From Dehalococcoidia bacterium (lineage in GTDB: Bacteria > Chloroflexota > Dehalococcoidia > Lucifugimonadales > UBA3495): DNA of 64,000 bases. Location of the stretch: assembly GCA_965261885.1 (NCBI GenBank), contig CBDHDY010000043.1, positions 103,417-167,416 of the forward strand, read 5' to 3'. The notes under the pieces were generated by a model, which was not told the DNA's origin, made no database searches, and was given only the letters and a program-made list of their open reading frames with translations. Each line of letters begins with the position of its first letter. The stretch's first letter is position 1. The position numbers and the translations under genes are program-made. Of the stretch, positions 1 to 9,454 are shown piece by piece.

Positions 1-527
1 CAGCCGGAATGGGATATTGCGGCGGCCGGGAGAGGGTCACCGAAATATTTCAGGGCAACCAGCGTGGCGATGGTGAGACCGCCGCCGCACGAGTCCCCGC
101 CGATGACGATGCTGCGGGGCGAGACTCCTTTCTCCAGCAGCCAGCGGTAGGCCGCCAGCGAATCTTCGACCGCAGCCGGGAAGGGGTGCTCCGGGGCCAG
201 CCGGTAGTTGATCCCCAGTACCCGGGCGTTGGAGAACCGGGACAAGTAGGAGAGCGGCGACCGGTGGGTCCGCATTGAACCGATCATGTAGCCTCCGCCG
301 TGCAGGTACATGACCACCCGGTCTTGAGACACTCCCGGGGTGGAAATCCACTCGGCGGAGACGCCTCCCGCTCCCACCTGTTCGACAACAACGTCCTCGG
401 GCAATTCGAACTGGCCTGTGAACCCCTCGTACCAGACTCGGAACTCGTCGACGGTGGTAAAATCCTGCGTTTCCGCCTTGCCCGCCCGGAACATGGCGAT
501 TGCCCGGTCCAATTCTGGTGAGGCCAT
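1..527 (-). CDS. alpha/beta hydrolase fold-3 esterase/lipase (HSL type), N-terminal part; rest lies left of the window
   Basis: Not in the ORF track because no stop falls in the window. Reverse translation from ATG 527-525 gives MASPELDRAIAMFRAG...VVMYLHGGGYMIGS...INYRLAPEHPFPAAVEDS...IVIGGDSCGGGLT. This shows the HGGG oxyanion motif and the GDSxGG nucleophile elbow. Confidence 0.8.
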   Translation of the reverse strand, partial: MASPELDRAIAMFRAGKAETQDFTTVDEFRVWYEGFTGQFELPEDVVVEQVGAGGVSAEWISTPGVSQDRVVMYLHGGGYMIGSMRTHRSPLSYLSRFSNARVLGINYRLAPEHPFPAAVEDSLAAYRWLLEKGVSPRSIVIGGDSCGGGLTIATLVALKYFGDPLPAAAISHSG

Positions 528-584
528 TGTCAAACCCCCGTTAGTGAATGTGGTAAATGACACCGCGACGCAGACCCGGTTGTC

Positions 585-1610
585 CTATCCAGGCAACTCG
601 ACGATCGAAATCCAGCACGGCCCGCTGCCCAGCGCAACGGTCTCTGAACGGTCCAGCGCGCCAGAATCAGCATCAACCCTGAAAATGGCCATCTGGCCCG
701 AATCCTGTCCTGCGGAGTAGATGTAGCGGTCTCCGGGGCCCAGGCAGAGCGCGTTTGGCCTGGCTTCTGATGGGACGATGCCGTTGCCAGTCAGTTCTCC
801 GGTTGCGGTGTCCACCGTGTAGCAGGCGATGCTGTCATGGCCCCGGTTCGGCGCGTACAAGAACCGTCCCGCCCCGCTGATCTGAATCTGGGAGCAGGTG
901 TTTCTCTCGGCAAAGCCTTCCGGCGGAAGAGTGGTGATTGTCTGGAAGAGCGACAGGGTGCCGTTGGCCGTGTCGAGGCGGTAGCCGCTAACGCTGCAAC
1001 CCTGCTCGTTGGAGAAGTAGAGGACGTCCAGCGAGGGATGAAAGCAGAAATGGCGAGGCCCCAGGAATTCTTCAGGCTCCACTAATGGAGGAGAGTTGGG
1101 AGTGATCTGGCCCGTGTTCTCGTCGAACCTGAACTGCCAGACCTGGTTGGGGCCGTTCCCCGCGATGTGAGGCACGAAGGCGTATTGGTTGGTCGGGTCG
1201 GTCTGCATGGCGTGGGCGCCGGTCGCCGTTTCCAACGAAACGACGGGAGGCGCTCCCAACGAACCGTCATCCCCGATGGGATGCACCGCCACGCGCGCGC
1301 CCTGGTAGTAGGACGACAGCACGAACCTGCCCCGGCGGTCAGTGTTGACGTAGACAGGCCAGGAATCCAGCGGCACCGTACCCGTCCGCGTGAGGCCGCC
1401 GCCGGACTGGTCGATGCGGAAGCTGGCCAATTGGGGGGCTTCCCGGCAGCCGGCGTACAGGTGATTGCGGTCCGGGCTGATAGCCAGTGTGAACGGCCCG
1501 CCGTCGACCGGCACATCGTGTTGATGCGTGACACCTCCCGACTGAGGGTCAACGGTAAAGACCGAGATTTTGTTGTCTTCATTCACGGCTACATACATGT
1601 AGTGGGGCAT
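585..1610 (-). CDS. lactonase-family 7-bladed beta-propeller protein (6-phosphogluconolactonase-like)
   Basis: 341-aa ORF with SD AAGGAGGG 4 nt before the ATG. N-terminus MPHYMYVAVNEDNKISVFTVD and repeated blade-like segments are typical of lactonase beta-propellers. Confidence 0.7.
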   Translation of the reverse strand: MPHYMYVAVNEDNKISVFTVDPQSGGVTHQHDVPVDGGPFTLAISPDRNHLYAGCREAPQLASFRIDQSGGGLTRTGTVPLDSWPVYVNTDRRGRFVLSSYYQGARVAVHPIGDDGSLGAPPVVSLETATGAHAMQTDPTNQYAFVPHIAGNGPNQVWQFRFDENTGQITPNSPPLVEPEEFLGPRHFCFHPSLDVLYFSNEQGCSVSGYRLDTANGTLSLFQTITTLPPEGFAERNTCSQIQISGAGRFLYAPNRGHDSIACYTVDTATGELTGNGIVPSEARPNALCLGPGDRYIYSAGQDSGQMAIFRVDADSGALDRSETVALGSGPCWISIVELPG

Positions 1611-1620
1611 AGTTCCCTCC

Positions 1621-2433
1621 TTAATTGGTGAGCGAAGCTACAAACTGGCGCACCTGTTGAGTGCACCACTCCGGGTGGATTGCATTGATCCCGTGGCCCA
1701 GGCCGGGATAGACCACCAGTTGGGAGTCGGGCAACTGTTCGGCCATGAACTGCTGCTGCTCCAGCGTGGAGGTGGGTGACTCCTCGCCCACAAGGAGGAG
1801 CGTCGGGGTTTCGACCTCCTTCAGGTGAGGGCTGAAGTCCAGAGTATCGAGGTATCCCTGCAGGCTCCGCCCGATGGAGGACGGTGTGCGGTCCATCTCG
1901 GCGATGTACCAGTCGATGAGTCCCTGCGACGCCACCCGGGTGTCCAGCCGGTTGTTGATGGTGGCGGTGGACCAGGCGCCCACGCTGCGGCTGAGGGCGG
2001 CGTCCACTTCCTCTCCCCGTCCGGAGCGTTCCCGGCGGGGCAGGCGGCAGGGGGTGTTGCACAGCACCAGCGCGCGGGTGCGTTCGGGGTACCTGTGGGC
2101 GAAATTCAGGCCGATGATGCCCCCGAAGGACTCCCCCACATACACGACGTCCTCGATTTCCAGATGGTCCAGGATGCGCTTCACGTCATCCACAAAAGTG
2201 TCGAGGGAAGGCTCGAACAGGGCCTCATCTATGCTGGTACCGCCCATGCCCCTCATGTCGGGGCGCAGGATGCGGAACTGGCGGGACAGCAGGGGCACCC
2301 AGTTGTACCAGAATCTGCCGTTACGCGAAAACCCGTGCTGTAGCAGCATGGTCGGCGCGGACCGCCAAGGATCGGTGAAATCGTCGTCGTAATAGTGCAG
2401 TTCCACTCCGGGTTCAACGCCGAGGAATGGCAT
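1621..2433 (-). CDS. alpha/beta hydrolase (enol-lactonase-like)
   Basis: 270 aa with a GESFGG nucleophile elbow. GGAGGAG SD lies upstream of the ATG. Confidence 0.85.
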   Translation of the reverse strand: MPFLGVEPGVELHYYDDDFTDPWRSAPTMLLQHGFSRNGRFWYNWVPLLSRQFRILRPDMRGMGGTSIDEALFEPSLDTFVDDVKRILDHLEIEDVVYVGESFGGIIGLNFAHRYPERTRALVLCNTPCRLPRRERSGRGEEVDAALSRSVGAWSTATINNRLDTRVASQGLIDWYIAEMDRTPSSIGRSLQGYLDTLDFSPHLKEVETPTLLLVGEESPTSTLEQQQFMAEQLPDSQLVVYPGLGHGINAIHPEWCTQQVRQFVASLTN

Positions 2434-2518
2434 GGGTGCTCCTCCAACTCACTTGTGTCCAGCCTCAGGAAAGTATGGGACTGTCTTTCGAGAGTATACG
2501 CAGCCGGGGGAAGGGTGG

Positions 2519-2971
2519 TCAGCCCGTTGGGCCGAAGCCGGAGCGTTGCGCCCACCTCAAGCCGTTGGGGTCATGCGCCACCTCGACGGTCTCGCCCTTG
2601 GAGTTCGTCAGCCCCAGTGGATGCTGCACCAGCTCGATCATGTTGCCGTCGGGGTCTTTGATGTAGGTGGAGTGCCCGCCACTGTAGCCACGGACCGTGG
2701 GCGGGGAATACGGGATTTCAAGCGCGTCCAGGTTGGCTATCATTTCATCCCAGTCGTGAATTTCCAGGGCGAAATGGCCCGACGGGTTGGGAGTTGAGGT
2801 CAGGGTGCTGTGTATTTCACCGCTCCCGATCCTTAACTGTAGCTGTCCCTGGTTCAGTTCCGGGCCGCGGTCGAGGTATTCGGCGCCCAGGACTTTCTCA
2901 TACCATTCGCAGGTCCGCTACTTGTCGCTGATCTGGAGATAGATGTGCTGGATCATCGTAACCCTGGACAT
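2519..2971 (-). pseudogene. VOC/glyoxalase-family gene interrupted by an in-frame TAG
   Basis: ATG at 2971 is preceded by GGAAAGGAGGAGAG. Translation reads MSRVTMIQHIYLQISDK*RTCEWYEKVLGAEY...HFALEIHDWDEMIANLD...YIKDPDGNMIELVQ. The TAG is at 2918-2920, in the same frame as track ORFs 2918..3103 and 2519..2743. Confidence 0.7.
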
Positions 2972-3023
2972 GACTCTCCTCCTTTCCGCATGCTGTGATC
3001 TTTTGTCGGTCTGGGTTCGGAAT

Positions 3024-4472
3024 CTATACCCGGCGCAGCAGTTCCTCTTCCAGGCGGTCGGGGTCGAAGGCTTGGGCTGCCGCAGCGACCTGGCCGTCCA
3101 CACCCCTCACCATACGCTCGGCCTCCGTTTCCTCCAGGGCTTCCGGAAGCTCCTCTTCCCGCTCCCGGCGGCGCTGGACGTCGCGGGCGTGCTCCACGAA
3201 GAGCCGACGCATTGCCACCACCACCGAATCGGTGGACGACAGGTACTCGGGAGAGGAGTACTGGACGTATTTCTCGGCATCGTAGTCCTGGTTCCGGAAG
3301 TTAAAGTTCAGCTCCCAGTTCCGGTAGGGCCAGGTCACGCTGCTCCAGAGCCGCCGGGCGATGCCTGGGCGGGTGGCGTACCGCTCCACGTTCAGGTACA
3401 CCATTCGCGTGAGATTTGCTTCAACGGGCACGGCCCAGCGGGTGCTGCGAAAGAACTCGTTGTTGCCGCCGGTGCGGGACATACCGGGAAGGCGGGTGCC
3501 GTTCCACTCGTTGACATCTGGACTGTCGGCCTGCGGGGGTTGGAGCCGCCCCGGCATCTGTCCCCGCCGACGCGCCTTCCGGTCAAAGAACCAAGTCCAC
3601 AACAGCCGCCAGCGGTGCAGGGGCCAGACTCCATCCACGCCGGGGTAGTACATCTGGTACGGGACAACTTCGTTTTCGTCCTCGTAGTACTTTTCCACAT
3701 GGGACTTGCCCTCGCCCGGGCGGTAGTGGACGTTCTTTTCCTTGACCAACGTCACCCGGTAGCCCAACGGAGTCCGCGGGCGGCCTCCCAAGCGGCTCTT
3801 CAGGATGCGCAGCGAATTGCGGTGCACCATGAAGGCGTTGTGGGCGTCCATGGTGTTTTCCAGCACCAGGACCCAGTTGCAGTCGAACATGGTGAACGAG
3901 GACCGGAAGATGTTGTGCTGCTCGAACATCTCCGGCGGGATGTCCTCTTCGGGAGCGACCGGTTCCCCGTCGCCCATCCAGACGAAGATCATTCCCTTGA
4001 TGTTGGCGGTGGGGTACTTGCGGGCCCGCATGCCCGGAGCGCCGGTCATCTTGGAGTCCGGGCCCTCGGTGAGGAAGGCAACGCAATTGCCATCGCCGTC
4101 AAAGGTGGCGCCGTGGTAGGGGCAGGTCAGGAACCCCATGAAATAGCAGCGCCCCATCGACAGGTATACCGAGCCATGGGGGCACATGTCCAACAAGGCC
4201 TGCACCTCGCCTGCTTTATCGCGGAAGAGGACCAGGTCAGTGCCCAGCATCCGCAGCACCTCGGGCCGGTCCTTCCTGACGTCCTTGGCTGGCAGGGCCG
4301 GGTACCAGTATTCCCGGTACCCGGTGGGCGGAATGCGGCTGCGGCGGTCCAGGGGGGCGGTAGGCACTTCAAAGGGAGGAGGACCGTCGACGGCCTGGGT
4401 CCCCCGCCGCATGTGCTTGTAGCCTCCGGGGTAGCCGGACAGCAGCTTGGCCGTTAGCTTCCCGAGTCCCAT
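3024..4472 (-). CDS. Rieske [2Fe-2S] domain oxygenase (ring-hydroxylating alpha-subunit-like)
   Basis: 482 aa. Rieske motif CPHGSVYLSMGRCYFMGFLTCPYHG (CxH...CxxH). Downstream iron-site-like NWVLVLENTMDAHNAFMVH. SD AAGGGAGTGG. Confidence 0.85.
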   Translation of the reverse strand: MGLGKLTAKLLSGYPGGYKHMRRGTQAVDGPPPFEVPTAPLDRRSRIPPTGYREYWYPALPAKDVRKDRPEVLRMLGTDLVLFRDKAGEVQALLDMCPHGSVYLSMGRCYFMGFLTCPYHGATFDGDGNCVAFLTEGPDSKMTGAPGMRARKYPTANIKGMIFVWMGDGEPVAPEEDIPPEMFEQHNIFRSSFTMFDCNWVLVLENTMDAHNAFMVHRNSLRILKSRLGGRPRTPLGYRVTLVKEKNVHYRPGEGKSHVEKYYEDENEVVPYQMYYPGVDGVWPLHRWRLLWTWFFDRKARRRGQMPGRLQPPQADSPDVNEWNGTRLPGMSRTGGNNEFFRSTRWAVPVEANLTRMVYLNVERYATRPGIARRLWSSVTWPYRNWELNFNFRNQDYDAEKYVQYSSPEYLSSTDSVVVAMRRLFVEHARDVQRRREREEELPEALEETEAERMVRGVDGQVAAAAQAFDPDRLEEELLRRV

Positions 4473-4511
4473 TGGTCCACTCCCTTGCTGATGTTCTGTC
4501 TGCCCCCGTCG

Positions 4512-5069
4512 CTAGATGGGCAGCGGCTTTTCGGTGATGCCCTCCGGCAATTCGACACCGAAAGCGTTGACGTTGAAGGCCAGCATGGCGTAGCAGCCCA
4601 TCAGGGTTGTCAGCTCTGTGGCGCCGTTGACTCCGAAGTGGGCCACCACTGCATCGAACGCTTCCCGGCTGACGCGACGGGTGCGGAAGAATTCCCGCCC
4701 GTAATTGACCACCGCCAACTCGTCCTCTGCGGGATTGGGCAATTCCTGTTTGTCGCGAAGGGCATCGACGAGTTCGTCGCGCAGGCCATCGCGCCGCGCC
4801 GGCGGAGCGTGAGCGTTCCAGATGAACTGACAGTCGTTTTCGCGGGCCGCTAGGAGCATTGCCAGCTCCCGGATGCGGGGCGACAGCGACGTGTCGGTGC
4901 GGAGATATGCGGCCAGGCCGAGGGCGCGCTGGGCGACCTCAGGGGCGTTCAGCATGACGGAGCCGGGGCCGGTGGCCGGCACTTCTCCTCGGGCGGCAAC
5001 GAAGGCGTCGAAGGCCTCGCGTTCTCGTTCGGGTACGGATTCCCTTGTAACTGCAGGTGTTCTGGCCAT
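4512..5069 (-). CDS. carboxymuconolactone decarboxylase (AhpD-like) family protein
   Basis: 185 aa with family-typical sequence (..LSPRIRELAMLLAARENDCQFIWNAH..). SD GGAAGGAGG. Confidence 0.75.
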   Translation of the reverse strand: MARTPAVTRESVPEREREAFDAFVAARGEVPATGPGSVMLNAPEVAQRALGLAAYLRTDTSLSPRIRELAMLLAARENDCQFIWNAHAPPARRDGLRDELVDALRDKQELPNPAEDELAVVNYGREFFRTRRVSREAFDAVVAHFGVNGATELTTLMGCYAMLAFNVNAFGVELPEGITEKPLPI

Positions 5070-5170
5070 TCTTGCCTCCTTCCTTGCGAAACCTGTTCCG
5101 ATATTGTATTGCGCCAGTCAAACAGCGTTACTGCAAGGTCCAGGGCCGTTTAGTTGTTCCCTCTCCTTAC

Positions 5171-6862
5171 CCCGAATCCACCGATAGAGGACGTCAGGTT
5201 AGCGACCTGAAGTGGTCAAAGGGTGCTCCTCTGAATCTGGGATAATGGTTTTGCAATAAAAAACCGACCCCAGAAAAGGAGCACCCAATTGATGCTACCA
5301 CGCAACCACCCCGACCGTATTCGCATCGTCTTTGACGACCACCGTCTGGTGGCCAATGCCGGCCTGCTCCTGCCGGCCACTCTCGCCCAACACCTGGGCC
5401 TGGGGGAACTCGTTGACCGTCACCTCAATCTCGGCAGCGCGCCGGGCCGGGCCAACGCCGGCGACAAGATGATGACCCTGGTCGCCTCTGCCCTGGCGGG
5501 CGGCGACTGCATCGACGACGCCGATGCGCTGCGCGCCGGTGGGACGGCCGGTGTTCTCGACTGTAGGGTCAAGGCGCCATCCACCCTGGGCACCTTCCTG
5601 CGCAGCTTCCGGTGGGGCCACGTCCGCCAGCTGGACCGGGTGAGCCGGGAACTGCTGGCCCGGGCCTGGGCCGCTGGGGCGGGACCCGGCGACGGGCCGC
5701 TGACCATCGACCTGGACTCCACCATCTGCGAGACCTACGGTCTGGCCAAGGAGGGCGCACGCCACCACGGCTACACCGGCAAGCGGGGCTATCACCCGCT
5801 GCTGGCCGTGGCCGCCGGCACCGGCGACGTGCTGATGTCCCGGCTGCGCGAGGGCCGGGCCAACACTGTTCGGGGCGCCGCTCACTTCCTGCGCGAGACG
5901 GTGGGACGGGTGCGCTACGCCGGCGCCAGGGGCCGACTCACGGTGCGGGCCGACAGCGGCTTCTATGCCCACGCCATCGTCGCCGTCTGCCGCAAGATGG
6001 ATGTCCGCTACTCCATCACCATCCGCCAACACAAAAGCCTGCGCAATCTCATCGAGGCCATACCCGAGACGGATTGGACGCCCATCCCCTACTGGATGGA
6101 CGGCGCCGCCGATGTGGCCGAGACCACCTACACTCCCTTTGAGAGTGAGCCCGGCGCTGCCCCGGTGCGGCTCATCGTCCGGCGGGTGAAGCCCACGCCC
6201 GGTTCCCAACTGGCCCTGTTCGCCAGCTACAGCTACCACGGCTTCATCACCGACCGGGATGAGGAGACGCTCGATCTGGAGGCTGACCATCGCCGCCACG
6301 CCGAGATCGAGAACGCCATCCGAGACCTCAAGTACGGCGTCGGGCTGAACCACCTGCCGTCCGGCCGATTCGCTGCCAACGGGGCCTGGCTGGCCGTCCA
6401 AGTGCTGGCGCATAATCTGGCCCGTTGGGCAGCGCGCATCGGTCTGGGCGAGCAACTGGTGACCACCAAGACCCTGCGGCGACGCTTCTTCTGCCTGGCC
6501 GGACGGCTCACCCGCTCGGCCCGCCGCCTCACACTGCATCTGCCACAGCGCTGGCCTTGGGAAGCCCAGTTCAGCAGCGCCCTGGCCCGACTGCGAGCCA
6601 CCCCACTCCCAGCCTGACGGCGCTGTCCGCAACCGCCCCAACACCTCCAAACTCGCGTCCGCCCCGCCCGCGAGTGCATCCTGCTGCGTCCGATCTCACT
6701 ATCACGCGATTCCCAGCCTCCATAGACCGCTCTCCAGGTCCGGTGCGGCTACTGAAAACCCTCGCGGGGTCTCATCGGTCCAATGGAGCCCAGGCTTTCT
6801 CCCTTGCAGGCTCCCTCATCCCAATTTGCCCAGCATTCACGCCCCCCATCGGTGGATTCGGG
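5171..6862 (+). mobile_element. intact IS1380-family insertion sequence
   Basis: Perfect 15-bp terminal inverted repeats: CCCGAATCCACCGAT at 5171-5185 and ATCGGTGGATTCGGG at 6848-6862. Flanked by the direct repeat CTTAC (5166-5170 and 6863-6867). Carries a single transposase ORF. Confidence 0.9.
5289..6617 (+). CDS. IS1380-family DDE transposase
   Basis: 442 aa starting MMLPRNHPDRIRIVFDDHRLVANAGLLL, a typical IS1380 N-terminus. An ATG is also present at 5292. SD AGGAG at 5277-5281. Confidence 0.9.
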   Translation: MMLPRNHPDRIRIVFDDHRLVANAGLLLPATLAQHLGLGELVDRHLNLGSAPGRANAGDKMMTLVASALAGGDCIDDADALRAGGTAGVLDCRVKAPSTLGTFLRSFRWGHVRQLDRVSRELLARAWAAGAGPGDGPLTIDLDSTICETYGLAKEGARHHGYTGKRGYHPLLAVAAGTGDVLMSRLREGRANTVRGAAHFLRETVGRVRYAGARGRLTVRADSGFYAHAIVAVCRKMDVRYSITIRQHKSLRNLIEAIPETDWTPIPYWMDGAADVAETTYTPFESEPGAAPVRLIVRRVKPTPGSQLALFASYSYHGFITDRDEETLDLEADHRRHAEIENAIRDLKYGVGLNHLPSGRFAANGAWLAVQVLAHNLARWAARIGLGEQLVTTKTLRRRFFCLAGRLTRSARRLTLHLPQRWPWEAQFSSALARLRATPLPA

Positions 6863-6968
6863 CTTACCGGGAAGGGTCAGGGTGGGGGGAGAAATCCTGG
6901 CAAACAGAAACGCCAAAGCCGCAAGAACTCACTCTCACCCCAGCCCTCTCCCTCAGGGAGAGCGAGAA
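6863..6968 (+). repeat. structured intergenic repeat, copy a (3' part; the 5' hairpin arm is at 5159-5170, separated by the IS1380)
   Basis: Joining 5159-5170 to 6868 onward gives CCCTCTCCttacCGGGAAgGGTcAGGGTGGGGGgaGAAATC...CACCCCAgcCCTCTCCCtcaGGGAGAG. This aligns with copies c and d. Confidence 0.75.
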
Positions 6969-7323
6969 TTAAACGACCCTGCACGCATCGGAGAGGGTCA
7001 TAATTTCTACCCGAACCGATGGCAGGTGACGGCGGAAGACCCCAGAGGGGGTCCTTCGCCAGGGTGTACTCCATCAGCCCAGAAAACAGCCCATAAAACC
7101 TCTGGAACCGCGTGGGTTAGAGGTTTATCAGTAGCTGCGCAGCGGCTTACCCAGGGTCGCTCCGGTGCACACAGTGCCCCCGGCGAAGGTAAACGGGTCG
7201 TTGACGATGAAGAATACGATGCTAAGACTCCAGTCCGGCGGAGGTTGCTTATTCTTTCTGGCTCCGTCGGCTTATCCCGCCAATGGGCATGGCGCGTCCT
7301 CAATCATTTAGGGTCGGCTGGTG

Positions 7324-7941
7324 CTACTCCAACCACTGGACGAAGTTGGATACCGGGGTGCGCTGAGACGGAGGGTCTTCGGCGGGGTAGCCAATGGAGA
7401 GCATGGTTGCCAGCTCCCAATCGTCCTCGGCGCCCAGTGTCTTTGCCAGGTCCGGGTGGCGGGTGGGCCCGCCGGTTTCCCATGTGACAGCCAGGCCCTC
7501 GGCCACTCCGGCCAGGGCGATGTTGTGAGCGGCGCAACAGACCGACGCGTAATTCTCCCGTGTGCCCTCGTCGTCGCGTCCGGGAGTGGAATACATGTAG
7601 ATGATCACCGGGGTCTTGAGCAACGAATCCCGGGTGGCCTCGGCGCGCTGTGCGTTGCCGCTACGTTGCAGGGCGAAGTCATGGGCCATCCCGGCCACTT
7701 TTTCCAGCGCCGCACTCCCCTGCTCCAGGATGAAAAAACGCCAGGGCTCGGTGAGGCGGTGGTTCGGCGCCCAGATTGCCGTATCCAGCATGCGGGCCAG
7801 CGCATCCCTGGGCACCGGCTGGTTCTTGAAGTCCCAGGCCATGCGCCGGCGATAGAGAGCGTCGTAGACGCTGACATTGGTATCAGGGACGGTGCAATCG
7901 TCGAACCCCAGTTTTTTCGTGCTCCTGGGCTCGCTGGACAT
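7324..7941 (-). CDS. nitroreductase family protein
   Basis: 205 aa with ..PVPRDALARMLDTAIWAPNHRLTEPWRFFIL... SD GAGAGGAGG. Confidence 0.85.
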   Translation of the reverse strand: MSSEPRSTKKLGFDDCTVPDTNVSVYDALYRRRMAWDFKNQPVPRDALARMLDTAIWAPNHRLTEPWRFFILEQGSAALEKVAGMAHDFALQRSGNAQRAEATRDSLLKTPVIIYMYSTPGRDDEGTRENYASVCCAAHNIALAGVAEGLAVTWETGGPTRHPDLAKTLGAEDDWELATMLSIGYPAEDPPSQRTPVSNFVQWLE

Positions 7942-8148
7942 AAGGGCCTCCTCTCTTAGATCGAGTTGGTTGAGTTGCCTGGGTTGAGTCGGTTCATCCC
8001 TCCCGTCGCCCCGGAGTTAGTCCCGGAGTTAGTCTCGGATAAACAGATCGAGCCGGTCCCGTTAAATCAAGGACCGGCCCGTCCGGTTGCCTGGCGTTGA
8101 CAGGCCGGGCTTTCAGTGAGCGATTGTGATCATCAGGAGAGCGGGCGA

Positions 8149-9429
8149 TTAGCTCAGTCCGAACTGCTCCCTTGCGTTACCGCCCATCATCCGGGCTATG
8201 ACTGCCCGATCCACGTCTGCCTGGGACAAAGTCTGGATGGCATCCCAGGCGCTGGACGTGTCGTGATGGGGGTAGCGGGACCCCCATACGATTTTCTTTT
8301 CGAAAGAATAGGGAAGCTCTTGGATCAGCCGCTCCTCGGCGTCGAACCCCAGCATCACGCGGCCTTCATCCCAGGTCTCTTCGGGTTCGGTGCTGACGGG
8401 GTAGTAATGCTGGAGCGGAATAACCCGGGTCGAAGCCTCCATTTTTTCCAGCACCTCCTCCATCCAGGAGGCTTTACCGTGAGCCATCACCACTTTCATC
8501 TCCGGGAATCGCTCCATCACGGTATAGCCTATGAGGGTGGAGGCAACGAACAGGTGATTGTCCAGCCAGTTGGACAGAATCGGTGCCAGGGGGTGCCCCA
8601 GCGCGACCATTCCAGTTGCCGGGGACACGCGGTTGCGGTCGTCAGTGCCGCCACCGGCAAATGCTCCGCCGCCGCCGCCGTTCAGGGCAGCGGTCTGCGT
8701 GAGGCGCCCCTTCACCTTTTCGATGAATGGCCCGTGGGAAGTCCATTCGGGGTTCCACAGACCGGCGGTGGGATGCACGGCGGCGGCCAGCCCCAAGCTC
8801 TCCAGCTCCGCCCATAGGGGGTCGTAGTAGGGGTGGGTGAAGTAATGCCCCTCCATGAACATGGGGCGGATGAATGCCCCCCGGAAACAGCGGATACCGG
8901 CGACGCGCCGCAACTCCGCCAAGGCGAAGTCCATGTTCCTGAGGGGAACCATGGCAGCGGCAAACAGCCGATCGGGACCGGCCTGGCAGAAGTCAGCAAC
9001 CCAGTCGTTATAGGCCCGGGCAAGCGCATAGGAAACGTCAGGGTCCTCCACCAGATGAAACCCTTCGGCGAACCAGGTGGGATAGATGAACGCCTTGTCT
9101 ATGCCCATGGCGTCCATGTCCCTGAGCCTCGCCTGCGGGTCAACGGCTCCCTCGCTCATCGGGTGGCGTATGTCCGGGTCCAGATCGCCGACGGCGTCCC
9201 AGGTCATACCGGGCTTCCAGATAGCATGGCGGGGAATGTTTGGGTTGCCGTTGTCCCGGAACACCTGTCCGTTGATCTTCAGGTACGAGTCGAACTGCCC
9301 CTCCTCTCGCCAGAGAGCGTGCTTGCCCAGGACCCGGTATTCGGGCTCCAGGTACTTCTCCCACACTTCGCGGGGCTCCACCACATGGGAGTCGCTGTCA
9401 AATACCTCGAAGTCTTTGCTGGTCGTCAT
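8149..9429 (-). CDS. amidohydrolase_2 family metal-dependent hydrolase (ACMSD-like)
   Basis: 426 aa. N-terminal FDSDSHVVEPREVWEKYLEPEY signature. Tandem with a paralog upstream. Confidence 0.85.
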   Translation of the reverse strand: MTTSKDFEVFDSDSHVVEPREVWEKYLEPEYRVLGKHALWREEGQFDSYLKINGQVFRDNGNPNIPRHAIWKPGMTWDAVGDLDPDIRHPMSEGAVDPQARLRDMDAMGIDKAFIYPTWFAEGFHLVEDPDVSYALARAYNDWVADFCQAGPDRLFAAAMVPLRNMDFALAELRRVAGIRCFRGAFIRPMFMEGHYFTHPYYDPLWAELESLGLAAAVHPTAGLWNPEWTSHGPFIEKVKGRLTQTAALNGGGGGAFAGGGTDDRNRVSPATGMVALGHPLAPILSNWLDNHLFVASTLIGYTVMERFPEMKVVMAHGKASWMEEVLEKMEASTRVIPLQHYYPVSTEPEETWDEGRVMLGFDAEERLIQELPYSFEKKIVWGSRYPHHDTSSAWDAIQTLSQADVDRAVIARMMGGNAREQFGLS

Positions 9430-9454
9430 CGTGACTGTCCCAAGGGTGTTCAGG

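Noticed and set aside
2918-2920. In-frame TAG as pyrrolysine or programmed read-through
   Set aside because: There is no pyl machinery or any other supporting signal in the window. A nonsense mutation or base error is the simpler reading.
2943-4457. 504-aa + strand ORF
   Set aside because: It is antisense to the Rieske oxygenase gene, which has clear motifs. The sequence is Arg/Gly/Pro/Val-rich and low in complexity, typical of a high-GC shadow frame.
5295-6650. 451-aa minus-strand ORF
   Set aside because: It is antisense to the IS1380 transposase; a shadow ORF.
6783-7487. 234-aa ORF across the 6863-7323 gap
   Set aside because: It runs through the structured repeat (the PSPLPQGERE pseudo-peptide) and into the antisense strand of the nitroreductase gene. 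No SD and no homology pattern.
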